Below, one piece after another: positions 11,680 through 24,480 of a stretch of 64,000 nt of DNA. A program made the translations under genes and the position numbers. How positions within the stretch are numbered: the first letter of the stretch is position 1; every line of letters starts with the position of its first letter. The notes under the pieces are model-generated. The model made no database searches and was not told the origin of the DNA. It was given only the letters and a program-made list of their open reading frames with translations. This DNA comes from Hypanus sabinus (lineage: Eukaryota), in contig NC_082714.1 in the NCBI RefSeq assembly GCF_030144855.1, forward strand, positions 48,670,001-48,734,000, written 5' to 3'.

Positions 11680-12940
11680 ATATAAGACCATAAGACCTTA
11701 AGACATAGGAGCAGAATTAGGCCACTTGGACTATCAAGATTGCTCCATCATTCAAGCATGGCTGATCCTTTCCTCCCTACCTCAGCCCCACTCCCCATTC
11801 TTCTCCCTGTATCTTTTGATGCCTTGTTCAACCAAGAACCTATCAAGCTCTGCCTTAAATACCCCCAATGACCTGGCCTCCACAGCTGCCTGTGGTAACA
11901 AGTTCCACAAATTCACCACTTATGTCTAAAGAAATGTCTCCACATCTCTGTTTTAAATGGACACCTCTCTATACTGTGCCCTCTTGTCCTAGACTCCCCC
12001 ACCATAGGAAACATCGATGAGACACATCTACTCTGTCTAGGCTTTTCAACATTCAAAAGGTTTCAATGAGATCCCCCCTCAACCTTCTAAATCCAGAGAG
12101 TATAGACCCAGAGTTATCAAACATTCCTCATATGATAACCCTTTCATTCCTGGATATAGGAGCAGAGTTAAGCTATTCAACACTTTAAGTTTGCTCCACC
12201 ATTCAATCATGGCTGATTTTTCTTCTTTACAATTTTCTGCTTCTCTCCATAACCAGCAAACTCCTTACCAATCAAGTACCTATCAGCTTAAGCTCATCAC
12301 CCTTATTGAGGCACAGGTCAGTGGAGTTTGCTTACCAGAGTCCTGTGTCCTGGGCCTCTCTTTCAAGTTATTCTCAGAGGTAGCCCACCTTCTTGATGTA
12401 TCTTTCCTTTATAGGGATGAGGTATTTAGAACATCTGTTGCCATTTCTGTGGCTCTGGATTATTTATTGTATGGGGTTGCTAGCCCCATCCCAACCCTCC
12501 TCCTTTCTTAGCCAAGCTTTTGACTGTCCATGATGGAATTAGAGTCTCTCAGCCTCAAACACACCCAACAACTTGGCCTCTGCAGCCTCCATTTGCAACA
12601 GATTCCACATCATCACCACTTTCTGGCTGAAGGAATTCCTCCTCATCTCTTTTAAAGGTTCAAGCCTTTATTCTGAGGGCATGCCCTTGCCTCTCAGTGT
12701 CTGATAATAATAGAAACATCCTCACCACATCCACTCTATCCAGGCCTTTCATTATTGGATAGGTTTCATTAAGATATCCTGCCACACTTCTGAACTCCTT
12801 TGAGTACAGGCCCAGAGATATCAAACACTCCCCATGTAATAAGCCTTTCATTCCTGTGATTATTCTTGTGAATGTCTGGACCCCTTCGAAGCTAGTACAC
12901 CCTTCCTGAGAAACAGGGCCCCAAATTGCTCATAATATTG
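11680..12940 (-). mobile_element. Stack of CR1 3'-end fragments
   Basis: (ATAAGACC)n tail at about 11680-11705 and minus-strand translations such as LGLYSKEFR and KGLDRVDV. Confidence 0.75.
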
Positions 12941-13086
12941 CTACTCTCCACTCCATGTTGATAAATACTATACTCCGTAAAAATCTTTGGCACCCTAATT
13001 GAATATGTACACCTGGGACTTTTGCACAGTACAGCATGACTTATAAAACATTTTCTATTTAGTTTTATATTTGAATCCTCCAAAAT

Positions 13087-13998
13087 ACTACTAAGATAGG
13101 TGGCGTTGTGGATAATGAAGTAGGTTTTCAAAGCTTGCAGAGAGATTTAGGCCAGTTAGAAGAGTGGGCTGAACGATGGCAGATGGATTTTAACGCTGAT
13201 AAGTGTGAGGTGCTACATTTTGATAGGAATAATCAAAAAAGGACATACATGGTAAATGGTAGGGCATTGAGGAATGCAGTAGGACAGAGTGATCTAGGAA
13301 TAATGGTGCATAGTTCCCCGAAGGTGGAATCTCATGTGGATAGGGTGGTGAAGAAAACTTTTGGTATGCTGGCCTTTATAAATCAGAGCATTGAGTATCG
13401 GAGTTGGGATGTAATGTTAAAATTGTACAAGGCATTGGTAAGGCCGAATTTGGAGTATTGTGTACAGTTCTGGTCACCGAATTATAGGAAAGATATCAAC
13501 AAAATAGAGATAGTACAGATAAGATTTACTAGAATGTTACCTAGGTTTCAGCACCTAAGTTACAGGGAAAGGTTGAACAAGTTAGATCTTTATTCTTTGG
13601 AGCGTAGAAGGTTAAGGGGGGACTTGATAGAGGTATTTAAAATTATGAATGGGATAGATAGAGTTGACGTGGGTAGGCCTTTTCCATTGAGAGTAGGGAG
13701 ATTCAAGCAAGAGGAAATGAGTTGAAAATTAAGGGGCAAAATTTTAGGGGTAACACGAGGGGAACTTCTTTACTCAGAGAGTGGTAGCTGTGTGGAACTA
13801 GCTTCCAGTAGAAGTGGTAGAGGCAGGTTTGATTTTGTCATTTAAAAAAAAATGGATAGTTATATGGACAGGAAAGGAATGGAGGGTTATGGGCTGAGTG
13901 CAGGTAGGTGGGACTAGGTGAGAGTAAGTGTTCGGCACTGACTAGAAGGGCCGAGATTGCCTGTTTCTGTGCTGTAATTGTTATATGGTTATATGGTT
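13087..13998 (+). mobile_element. 5'-truncated CR1 LINE, specific to unit 1
   Basis: ORF 13108-13725 (LEYCVQFWSP, RLRGDLIEV), tail (TTATATGG)n at 13981-13998 and TSD AAAAT. The empty site is at about 54143-54150. Confidence 0.9.
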
Positions 13999-15331
13999 AA
14001 AATTGGAATGCTGGTATTGTATTTGCCTCTTTACTCTTGACTCAAACTGCAAGCTAACGCAGAGGGAACTCTGAATGAGGACTCCCACATAACTTCACAC
14101 CTCTGATTTCTGAAATTTATCCCCATTTAGAAAATAGTCCTTTGTTATTCCTACCAATGTGTATAACCCCACAATCCCTATTCTGTATTCCATCTGCTTA
14201 TTCTTTGCCCACTCTCCAAACCTCTCCAGGTCATTCTGCAGATTTCCTGTCTGTGATATTGACTGTTCCTCCACCTATCAAACGTAGCCACAATATCATC
14301 AGTTTCTTCATCCAGATCATTAAAGTATAAAGTGGAAAGCTTCATTTCTAAAACTGTCCTCTTTGGAATTCCAGAGACGCAGTAGTCATCCTGAAAAGTA
14401 TCCTTTTATCTCCACTCTCTAACTTCTGGCAATCAACCACTTTTCTATCTATACTCATACTTTTTCTCTTATCCAGTGTAGCAGCATTGTGGACTGGACC
14501 TTTCTAAAAGCTTCTTGACAATTCAAGCAAATGATATCCACTCAATGTATCACGTTTCTGTAAGAGATATTATATCACAATCCCACATGTCAAATATACT
14601 CTGAGATCATCAGCCTGTCAGGCTTCTTGCAGTTTAGATGATTAGACCTACCTCACTCCTTGTACTGACCTTGCTGACTAGATTTGTTCTCTTTAAACTT
14701 TATATTTACTCTAGTTTTCACATTGACTGCATGACCATTTTAGGATCCATATCCTGCTCAACTTGTTCAAACACATTCCAATAACTCTAGCCATTGCCCT
14801 GGCCAAGAAGCCTATTGAAACATATCTCTCTTGTACAAGTGACCTCTATCCTGGAGATATCCAACCATTGCGAGGTGTCTGTCGGACCTGCACCAGTTCA
14901 TTAGCCGCATATTCATCAACCCTATCCTGCTATTCTCATCTTCACTAGGACAACAGAAATTACATCCCAACTGTCCCTACTTTTTAAACTTCTACCCATC
15001 TCTCTCAATTCTCTCTGCTGTATCTCACCCTCTTGATTCATCTTCAGCCCCAGTCACTCTATGCAGTTGGTCAGAAGCTGCAACTGAACACACCTCCCAC
15101 AGGTATAATCACCAGGAAGCATGGAAGCTTCCCTGACCTTCTCATGCTTTGTAGGACAAACACACAGTGGTCCTGACTGCCATCTCTAAACCACTCAGAC
15201 TATGGAAGGATGGAAAGATCTTACCTCGCCTTACCTAACCAATGCTCAGCATCTTCACAAAAGCCTCACACTTACAATGAAAAAAAATTCTAGTAATTCT
15301 TTTCCTGCATTTTTGTGTGCAAAACTAGTAA

Positions 15332-15945
15332 TGAATTGAGGATGGTAGTCGATTTTCCCCTTCAATTAGATGAATGATCGCCTTTGCAACTCTAATGGCC
15401 AGAAGGTCTATATTACAAAATTGGAAAGAAGTAAATCCTCCTACAACGTTTCAGTGATTCTCTCAAACTATTTCTTGTTTGAGCTTAGAAAAAATTAGAA
15501 GTACTATTTTTGACCCATCAATTAAATTTGAAGAAACTTGGCGACCGTTTATTCGACATTTTCATATGAGTTAATTTGACCTCTTCCAGATCTTTTCTCT
15601 TTTTATCCTTGTTCTGGTATGGAGTTCCGGAGTTCTTGACACTATCATGTATATATAAACTATTATTATTGCCCATGTTAGTTTAGGTTTATTGTTTTAT
15701 TTCAATATATATTTTTTCTTGTATTTTTTTCTCTCTTTTTGTGATTATCCTTTTTTTATATACAATTAATACAGGTTTGATTGATTGTTTTATGATGTTC
15801 CTTGCTGATATCTCAATAAGATATTGATATCTTATTACTAATTTAACTTCAAGCCTAGTGTATTTATAACCTACTCATTATTATGTTATGTTATTTTTTA
15901 ATATATGAAACTTAATAAAAAGATTGAAAAAGAAAGAAGAAAGAA
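15332..15945 (+). mobile_element. L1-clade 3' fragment, specific to unit 1
   Basis: Translates IAFATLMARRSILQNWKEVNPP...LEKIR...WRPF, then a T-rich UTR, AATAAA 15914-15919 and an A-rich tail. Absent at about 55500. Confidence 0.75.
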
Positions 15946-16079
15946 TTTCTCTCTCGTGCTATTTAATTCAAGTAGACATAGGCACAGTATGTAATGTGTC
16001 CCACTGTAAATCGAGCAGGTGACTCTCTAGAATTGTAGCATGCTGTTTCAGCTTCAGAATGAACACATGAACAGAGGGC

Positions 16080-16720
16080 TACAAGTTTACAAACGATACC
16101 GGCACAGTGAGCCGAATCTCAAATAACAATGAGCTGGGTAAAGTAAGAGCCTAGCAACATGCTGTCATAACAACAATCTTTCCCTCACTGTCAGTGAAAC
16201 AAAAGAGCTGGTCATTGACTTCATGAGGGTGGGTGGTGCACACACACCTGATTACATCAATGGTGTTGAGATCGAGTAGGTTGAGAGCTTCAAGTCCCCA
16301 GGAGTGAATATCACCAACAAGCTCCTAGTTCCATCATGGCCAAGAACTCTCAGTTTATTCTGGAGGCTGAAGTAATCTGGCATGTCCCATCTGACTGTTA
16401 TTAGTTTTTATTGGTACATCATAGAATGCTTCCTACCCAGATGCATCACAGGTTGGTGTGGCAACTGCTCTCCCCATAATCACCAGAAAATGCAAAGAGT
16501 TGTGAACAAAGATTAACCTAGAACAAAACCCAGCATTTTTGTCCATGGAAAACACTAGTGTTTCTATAGATATTGTCTACAGTTTTTGCTGCTCTGATAA
16601 AGAAGTCAAAATAATCAAAGACCTCCCATAGGGCAGAAGATATAAATGCTTGAAAGTACATCCTATTCAGTTCAAGGACAACTTCTGTTCAGCTTGTTAT
16701 AAGGGAATTAAACAGTATCT
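16080..16720 (+). mobile_element. Old Rex1/Babar-like LINE remnant shared by both units
   Basis: Degenerate KF..DT, KELVIDF and VESFK motifs. Paralogs lie at 55650-56180 and 56400-57420. Confidence 0.6.
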
Positions 16721-17559
16721 TAGTAGGATGATGTCTTGACCTCACAATCTACCTCACTGTGGCCTTAATAGTAGTTCATTCTGCATTCTGTTATTAGGAA
16801 CCTGGGTGTGTGGGCTGTTTTGTGCAACACCTGCTGTAGTGGTTGGAGAGGACAGGCTGCATGGAAGACTGATCAGAGAATATTCAAACAAACTGGTGTC
16901 CAAGCTGAATGGCGTCGAGCTTCTTGAGTGATGTTGGGGAAGCATTCATTCAGGGAATTGGGGAGTATTCCATCACACTGCAGAATTGGACCTTTAGAAG
17001 TTGGGAAGTTCATACTGAGGTGTAAGTGAGTCACTTGCCATTGCATAACCAGACACTGACCAGCTTGTCGGTCCAAAGTAGTTCTGTAGCTGATCCACTT
17101 TGGTACTTGGACAGTAGTGACTCCCAGGATGTTGATGGTGGGACTCAATGATAATAATGCTCTTGAACACAAGGATAAATGTCTGCATGACCTCTTGTTG
17201 GAGATTCTTGAGATCCTTGTTACTTGGCACTTGGGTGATGTGAATGTTACCAGCTACTTATGGCAGAATGTAGAATGGGGATTGTTGTATCAAGCATGGA
17301 CTACTTCATTTGCTGAGTAGAAAACGTACTTGAGCATTGTGCGCACTATCAGTGGTGAGCAGCCTCACATCTGACAATCAAAACCACTTGCAAATGCTGG
17401 GAGCCTCACAAACAGAATGCTGGAATTACTCAATAGGTCAGACTGAGAAAGAAGAAATCTCGCAGATGTGACCTGATATCCTGAGTAGTTCCAACCTTCT
17501 CTGAATTAAATTGGAAAATTGGCTTGCTGGTTTACTATTATTGTGTAATTTTATCCCAC

Positions 17560-18270
17560 ATGTGATATTCTGACTGGTCCTTCTTACAAGTGAACATGCC
17601 TTTTTTAGAGAGTAGGGCCAAAATTGTGTACAATAATATAGCTGTTATTTCACCTAGGCGTTAGAACCTAGAACAGAGCAGGATAGGAAAAATCCCTTCA
17701 GCCAAAATAATTAAGCTCGTGCTATCTAATCCATTCTGCCTGCATGTTTTCCATATCCCTTGTTCTCTGCACATTCATGCATCTTTCTGAGAGCTTCTTC
17801 AACACCTCTATGGGAACACATAACAGGCACCCAACACTCTCCTGTACATGTAACAACTTTGCTATACATTTCATTTGATCTTCCCCCTCTTCTCTTAAAT
17901 GCATTGCCCCCTGTATTAGGCATTTCATTCCTGGGCGAGAAGACTGCCTGCCTACCCTAGCTAAATCTCTCTTAATTTTATAAATTTCTGTCAGGTGTCC
18001 TCTCTCCCACTCCAGTGAAAACCACTCTCCTTATAGCATGCTCCCTCCAATCCAGCCAGCACACTGGTAAACCTCTTCTGAACCCTCTCCATGGACTCCA
18101 CATTCTTTCAATGATGAGTGACCAGAATTGAATACAATACTCCAGATGATGCTTGAACTGAACTTCCCAATTAGTTCTCTGGTTCTCTTAGGAAATCTGA
18201 AAATGTTACATCGGTCTTCTCAGACAAACTGTTAACAGTTAATACAGTAAGTATTTAGAGTCCAAGCACT
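17560..18270 (-). mobile_element. Old CR1 remnants shared by both units (paralog 58400-59130)
   Basis: Minus-strand LEYCIQFW-like sequence and a CR1 3' UTR. Confidence 0.65.
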
Positions 18271-19116
18271 GAATCCTGTTGGACCCTATCAGCTGCAGCC
18301 TGACTACCTACGAAGGGTCTGTTTCTCTACTCTGTTTTCCATTTGTTAAACAACTCTCAATGGACACAGTGACCCCAAGTTCTATGTGAGTTGTCCTTGT
18401 TTGTCTTTGCTTGAACACAAGCTTACCAAAAGCTTAATGAAAATTCAATATACTAACAGACAGGATGCATTTGCTTAATTCCTCTGACATTTTATTTTTC
18501 TCCATTATAAAGTCTCACATTTATGTTTGTAGAGAATCTACATTTTCCCTCATTGGTCTTTCCATGTCTACATTCCACCTATAGTAAGTTTGTGAATGCT
18601 CACGTCTGGTTCAACATTGAATAGACACACGAAACAGAAATAGAGATTTGTCCATCTGCGTCCACTTACCAAATTCATAAACCAACCCACAGACGATGTA
18701 AGATGCTATTAGTTACCCAGTGAATGTTCATAGCAGTATCATCAGTCAGAAAGACCCCAGGGACCGTGAAGTGCACATTACTGCTGTAGCCTAGTATTTT
18801 TTTAAATAATCTTGTCTAATTTAATGGTGCATTTTGTCCTCAGTTGTTCCATTGGTACAATCCCATTGTTCAAGTTTTATTATAATAGACATTGATTTGA
18901 TTTCAACATCAGAAACATATTAATTTCTGAAAGATAAGAATTTTATTTAATAAAAATTGTAATCAGCAAAATGAAGTTAAGGGTTGAACTTCAAATAACA
19001 AGGAGAGAGTTCTACATTTTGAAAATGAATGTATTGAATTATTTTTCAACAAAAATAGAGAATGATTCTTTGCATTTAGATGGGAAGAATTGAGGCTCAG
19101 TTTAGCAATCGTTCAG

Positions 19117-19246
19117 CAGGTGTTTATCTTAACAGACAAATGCAGGTTTGCTGCCCACTTTTGGAAAGTGTGTCCAACGCACCAAGGTGGTCAGCCTATT
19201 ACATTTCAGTGTTAGTCTGAGATTAGCCCTATTGCAGCCTATAAAA
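19117..19246 (+). promoter_or_regulatory. beta1 promoter
   Basis: E-box CAGGTG 19117-19122 next to GATA TTATCT 19124-19129, CCTAT 19195-19199 at the usual CCAAT position, and TATAAAA 19240-19246. Confidence 0.7.
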
Positions 19247-19316
19247 GTGAGGTCCAAACTCCAGATCAACACAGCTTTCTTGTGCGAGTAGTGACAGTGA
19301 CAGGTTAACAACCAAA

Positions 19317-20667
19317 ATGGTGAAATTAACAGATGCACAGGAACAATACGTCACAAACTTATGGGACCAGTTGGATAAGAAAACGATAACTGCCCAAGCT
19401 TTGGCACGGTATGTTGAAAATGTATTTTCTGTTTTCTGTTTATATCATGCACTGTATTTTCAACTATGGTTCCAGTGAAGGTTCTTTAATTTGCTGTGCT
19501 TGCCTAGATACTGTCATTGGGTGAGGGAATTAGTAGTCAACACTGACTTGAGGTTCTAGTCAAACTCAACTCTTTACTGGATATAAGTTTCCTCAATGAT
19601 GTGTTTTGAGAAATAAATTAATTTTAAGTTATCTGAACAGAAACTGGGCAATTTGTTTTTTTTTAATCATTCTAGGGTATTCTCGGTCTATCCCTGGACG
19701 ACCAGACTGTTTAAGAATTTCAATGGCCATTTTGCAGCCTGTGACCCTGGTGTTCAGACTCATGCAGGCAAAGTGCTAAAGGCTCTGAACACTGCAATTA
19801 AAGATTTGAGGAGTATTGAAAAGAACTTCCATGAGCTCAGCAGTAACCATCAAAAAATCGGAGTGGACACTCAAAACTTCAAGGTAGAAACCAATGTTTT
19901 TACGTTGTGTACAATTTCACTAAAGGGGTGCTATAAATATTTCTCAATTACAGTGTCATAACAAACATGGCAACCAAGCATAGTGGATTGAACCCCAAGC
20001 AAATGGAGGAGACCTGATTGCTGTGCAAAAGGCAGTCCTCTAATTTTCTGAATAGTTACGTCTGGGTGGGGGGTCACAGGTTAGGAAGTTTAATCACTTT
20101 AATGAGAGCTATTTGCACAGGATGCTCACTCAACAATTCATGCACTAGAGTAGGATGGATTGCACAGGAACACAAATTGATTTCAACTTCCCTTCACTCA
20201 CCATCTGACAACGCCAAGTTTTTTTTGACATCACTGCTCCAAGAAGATCACTGTGTTTTCCACAGAGAGTCTGCTCCAATTTGCTGTGCTTTAGGTTACT
20301 TAGCTATTGCTTGGCAAAAAGAATCAAAAGGGCTTTGATGGGCACATGAGGCAAGAATATGGGACAAGTGTACAGGGAAAAAGGTGGGAAAAGATTTATG
20401 TGTTTGCACCACTGAGTACTGACATCGACCCAGAGGACAGATTGGACTTCTGGGCTGTTCTATATGAAGTCATTGGAGGTTTGAATTTTGCTTTCCAGTT
20501 TTGTTTCAATGTTGTATAATTATTGTTTTTCTTCACAGCTTCTCAGCCAGGCCTTCATTGTTGAACTCGCTCTTCGTGATAAAACGGCATTCAGACCAGA
20601 GGAACATGAAGCTGTCTACAAGTTTTTAAAACTGGTGACAGAAGCTCTCTCCAACAACTACCATTAA
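19317..20667 (+). CDS. HBB: Haemoglobin beta chain, copy 1 (142 aa incl. Met; 3 exons)
   Basis: Exons 19317-19408, 19676-19883 and 20539-20667 with GT-AG introns. Protein [43 protein letters not shown]...THAGKVL...[26 protein letters not shown]...EALSNNYH. It has the beta-type VYPWT motif, a C-terminal YH and His60/His89. AATAAA at 20862-20867. Confidence 0.97.
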
Positions 20668-22122
20668 ATCTATAACCTGCATCCTCCACCAGCTTCAGAA
20701 ATGCAATGTAAACCTGTATTATCAGCATCTATAATGTGTTGTTTGCTTGAAGGGCTTGTCCTTCAGGTTCAAGTCATGCTAACGTAAAGGTGGCACAATA
20801 TTCTTTGTATGGGAATTTTCCTCAATGTTTGGAAAATGCCTGTAAGCATTCCCTTTACTTCAATAAAGAAACAATATTTCTCTCACAGCGGTAATTAATT
20901 CATTTCCAGAGAATGAATATTAAAAGATCTTTGACTTGGTCAATGTTGAGATGAACAACGACTTGGTGTTAAAAAGCAGACATTGTGCTGTAGGACCTTT
21001 CACTGTCCCAGCACAGGTCAAAGCATTTTTCATCTGCTGAAGTACTTTAGAAATAAGCTAATGCTGTACTATGGGGAAAAGTAGCAGCCAATTTCTCACA
21101 AATTTCTCACATTTCATAACAAGATATGATGCCATTCAACCTATTGACAAACCGCTAGTCTTCAAAGAAATTCAAAAGCTCTTAGATTTTCTGTACCCAT
21201 CATTCCACACAATCCATTCTCCCTGATTCTCCCATCACCATCCCATATTAGGCCATTGTTGTAGGACAATAACACATAGTTTTGATTCATTGTATAAAGA
21301 TTGCCTACATCGAGTAATATGCTAATTATTATTCAGCGGGCCATTTTATAAAAGAAATTTGATGACCAAGGTAACACCCACACTTTTGCTAAAAAATGTA
21401 TTGTAGCAAACAAAATAGATAAAGCAATACAATTTTTCAGTTTAAAACTGAAGGTGGAGAGAATGAAAGTCCAACAATGGTCTACTTTAAAGCAAGGAAA
21501 ATGTCTACAATAGCTTTGGTTGTGGTCTTTCACACTCAGACCAACATGGGCAGATCATTGTGAGGCACTGTCACGTTTCACTGCTGAAAACATGACTTAT
21601 GTTGAAAGTAAACAGAGGCCTTTCCCTCAAGTTTCAAGTTTAGCAATGCTTATCTCAGTTGCTGCAACAGGTGTAAAGTGGGGTTGGAACAAAGCTGGTA
21701 CATGTACTTCCAAAGTATGGGAGTTCAACTCGGCTTCCACCTAACTCATCTATCCCATACATACAGCTCTACATTCTGGGAGTGGAGGAGTTGCAATTGT
21801 GTTTCAATTGGGTCATCTTCTGTAATCTGATCTTCTAATTTACAGAGAGATAAGCTCAATCTTGTGAGCACTGCCATTCACTGTAGCCCCATCAGATATA
21901 AAGTGAAATCAAATTGAGTGTTTATTTCCAGATCACCAGCTGTAGCATAGTAAAGGTGCTCTCTGCCACAGAAACCACCAACATCTACGTTAATGGTCAT
22001 CACTACACATTGTCACAATTCACAAGCTCCTGATTTCAGAGCTCCATGCGATTAATCCTGTGGTTCATATGTTCAAAGATGTGCTTTGGTTTTGAGACAA
22101 TATTTAAAACACTACAAAAATG

Positions 22123-22440
22123 TGGTGGCACAGTAGCTTGTTTAATTCAATCGCTTACATCTCCGGTTGTAAGATTTGGGTTTGATTCCCCCCCTCTCTG
22201 TCTGCAAGATGTTTGCACGCTCTCCTCGAGACTGAGTGCATTTCCTCCAGGTGTTCTGGCTTCCTCTCTCATTCCAGACCTTTGCTTTAGGGTCAGTCAA
22301 TTGTGGGCATGCCATATTGGTACCAGAACCTTGGTGATCCTTGTGGGCTGTCCAGTATAATCCTTGCTGGTTTGATTTGACGTGAATGAGGCATTTCACT
22401 GAATGCTTCAATGCGCATGTGACAAATAAAGCTAAGCTTT
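22123..22440 (+). mobile_element. V-SINE-like element 3' of beta1 (paralog 62866-63190)
   Basis: A-box-like GGTGGCACAGTAGC, B-box-like GGGTTTGATTCC, V-domain GTTTGCACG..TTTCCTCCAGGTGTTCTGGCTTCCTC and an AATAAA tail. Confidence 0.7.
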
Positions 22441-23689
22441 CTAAAATTGATTTCAGAGGCAGGAAATATCATGGAACGGAAACACTTAATTATTCTCTGG
22501 TGCTAGAAATGACTGCAGTAGTAGGAACAGAGGGAATGTACTGACCAATATTCATCTGGATACACTGCCTGTGAGTAAGATGTAAATCAGACAGTAGCCA
22601 GCAAAATATCCTGTACTCACTCAGGATTGTGAGTAAATCAGGACAGGCTGATCCATGGAGAAAGAACCATAATTATATCCCTTCTATTCCCAGAGTTTAG
22701 AGCTGAATATAAGGGATGGATGTGATGTATTTTGTGGGACCTGGAGTTGAACACTCACACTTTCTAAATAAATGTACCAACCATAACACAAATTGTTAGA
22801 ATTAGGTGTTTAGACATTGAATGAGAAGTGAGGGTTTACACTAAATGTTAAAAAAAACAGACTTCAATTGCCTGAACATTCCCCCTCATGTCCCCCTCCT
22901 ATCAGGCCGGAGACACAAGAAGCCTAAAAGCAGGTACCATTAGGCTCAAGGATAGCTTTAATTGCATTTGCTATAAGACCAAAAAAGGCTATAAGAAAAG
23001 TAATGGATACAGCTCAGATCATTACTGGTAAAGCCGTCCTCTCCATTCCACACATCAGCACAGTGCATCGTCATACAAAAGCATTAGCCATCATCAGGGA
23101 CCTCTACCGCTCAGGTCATGTTCTCTTCCCTCTGTTGCCATCTGGAAGGAGGCACAGAAGCCTCAGGACCCCACCACCATATTCAGGAACACTTACTACC
23201 TCTCAACAAACATGCTCTTCAACCAGTGGAGTTAACTTCATTCAACTTCACTCACCCCATCACTGAAAAGTACACACGACCTATGGATTCTTCATCTCAT
23301 TTTCACAATACTTATTGCTTACTTGTTTGTTTTTTTCCACTTTTATATTTGCACAGTTTGCTATCTTTTGCACGTCAGTTGTATCTTTCAGTGATTCGAT
23401 TATGGTTTTTGGATTTACCAAGTATGCCCAAAAGAAAATGACTCACAGGGCTGTATATAGTGACATTTATGTACTTTGTTAATAAATTTACTTTTAACTT
23501 CGAACTTAAAACTTGGAACTCTGAAATAGCCCACTTGTATGACTCAATCAATTGTCAATCTAACAACCTACATCATTATAGAGTTGCACCTTATTGTCCA
23601 TCGGCAGTGAAGTTTCTTTGTAATTGCAACACTATTGTGCATTCTTTTATTATCTTCCCTTGCACTATTACGTCTGCATGCACCTCTGA

Positions 23690-24480
23690 TATTTGGAAAA
23701 TAGACTATGCCTGTATACTGTCTACCAAAGTGCATAGCCATTCACTCCCCTGCACCGTATTCCATCTGCCACTACTTTACCCACCTCCCAAACTGTCTAA
23801 TTCCTTTTGCAGACTCCCTGCTTCTTCAGCACCACATGCCCTCCACACAACATCCAAGTCACTGACGTATAACTTGAAAAGAAGTGGTCCCAACATGACC
23901 CCTGTGGAACACCACAAGTAACCGGCGGCCAATCAAGAGAGGCCCCCTTTATTCCCACCCTTAGCATCCTGGTAGTCAGCCTATCTTCTATCAATGCTCA
24001 TATCTTTCCTGTAATACCATGGGCTGTTATGTTATTAAGCAGCCTCATGTGTGGCACTTTGTCAAAGGCCTTCTGAAAAACCAAATAAACAACATCTACT
24101 GACTGTCCTTTATCCATGTTGCCAATTATTTTCACAAAGTATTCCAACAGATTTGTCAGGCAAGGTTTCCCCTTAAGGAAACCATGATGACTTTGGTGAA
24201 TTTTATCATTTGCCTTCAAGTACCCTGGGACCTTAATCTTAATAATGGACTCCGACATCTTCCCAATTACTGAGGTCAGACTAACTGGCCTATAATTTCG
24301 TTTCTTCTGCTTCCCTTCTTAAAAAGTGGAGTGTCCTGTGCCTTCTAAATCACCCCCAGAATCTCCAGCCATTGCTATTCTGCCACCATCCCTGCTAGTG
24401 TCCCCTTGCAATCTACTTTGGCCAGCTCCTCTCTCATGTCTCTGTAATTCCCTTTACTCCACTGTAACACTTACACATCT
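23690..24480 (-). mobile_element. CR1 RT fragment
   Basis: ORFs 23998-24258 ([25 protein letters not shown]) and 23797-23994 (GVPQGS). Confidence 0.85.

Larger units (their letters stand above)
3946..23290 (+). repeat. Segmental duplication unit 1 (alpha1-beta1 and flanks)
   Basis: Collinear similarity to 47903-64000 across promoters, introns, 3' flanks and intergenic DNA. Examples: 6670-7675 vs 49690-50610, 14000-15330 vs 54150-55500, 16990-19310 vs 57860-60150, 20670-23290 vs 61410-64000. Confidence 0.9.
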
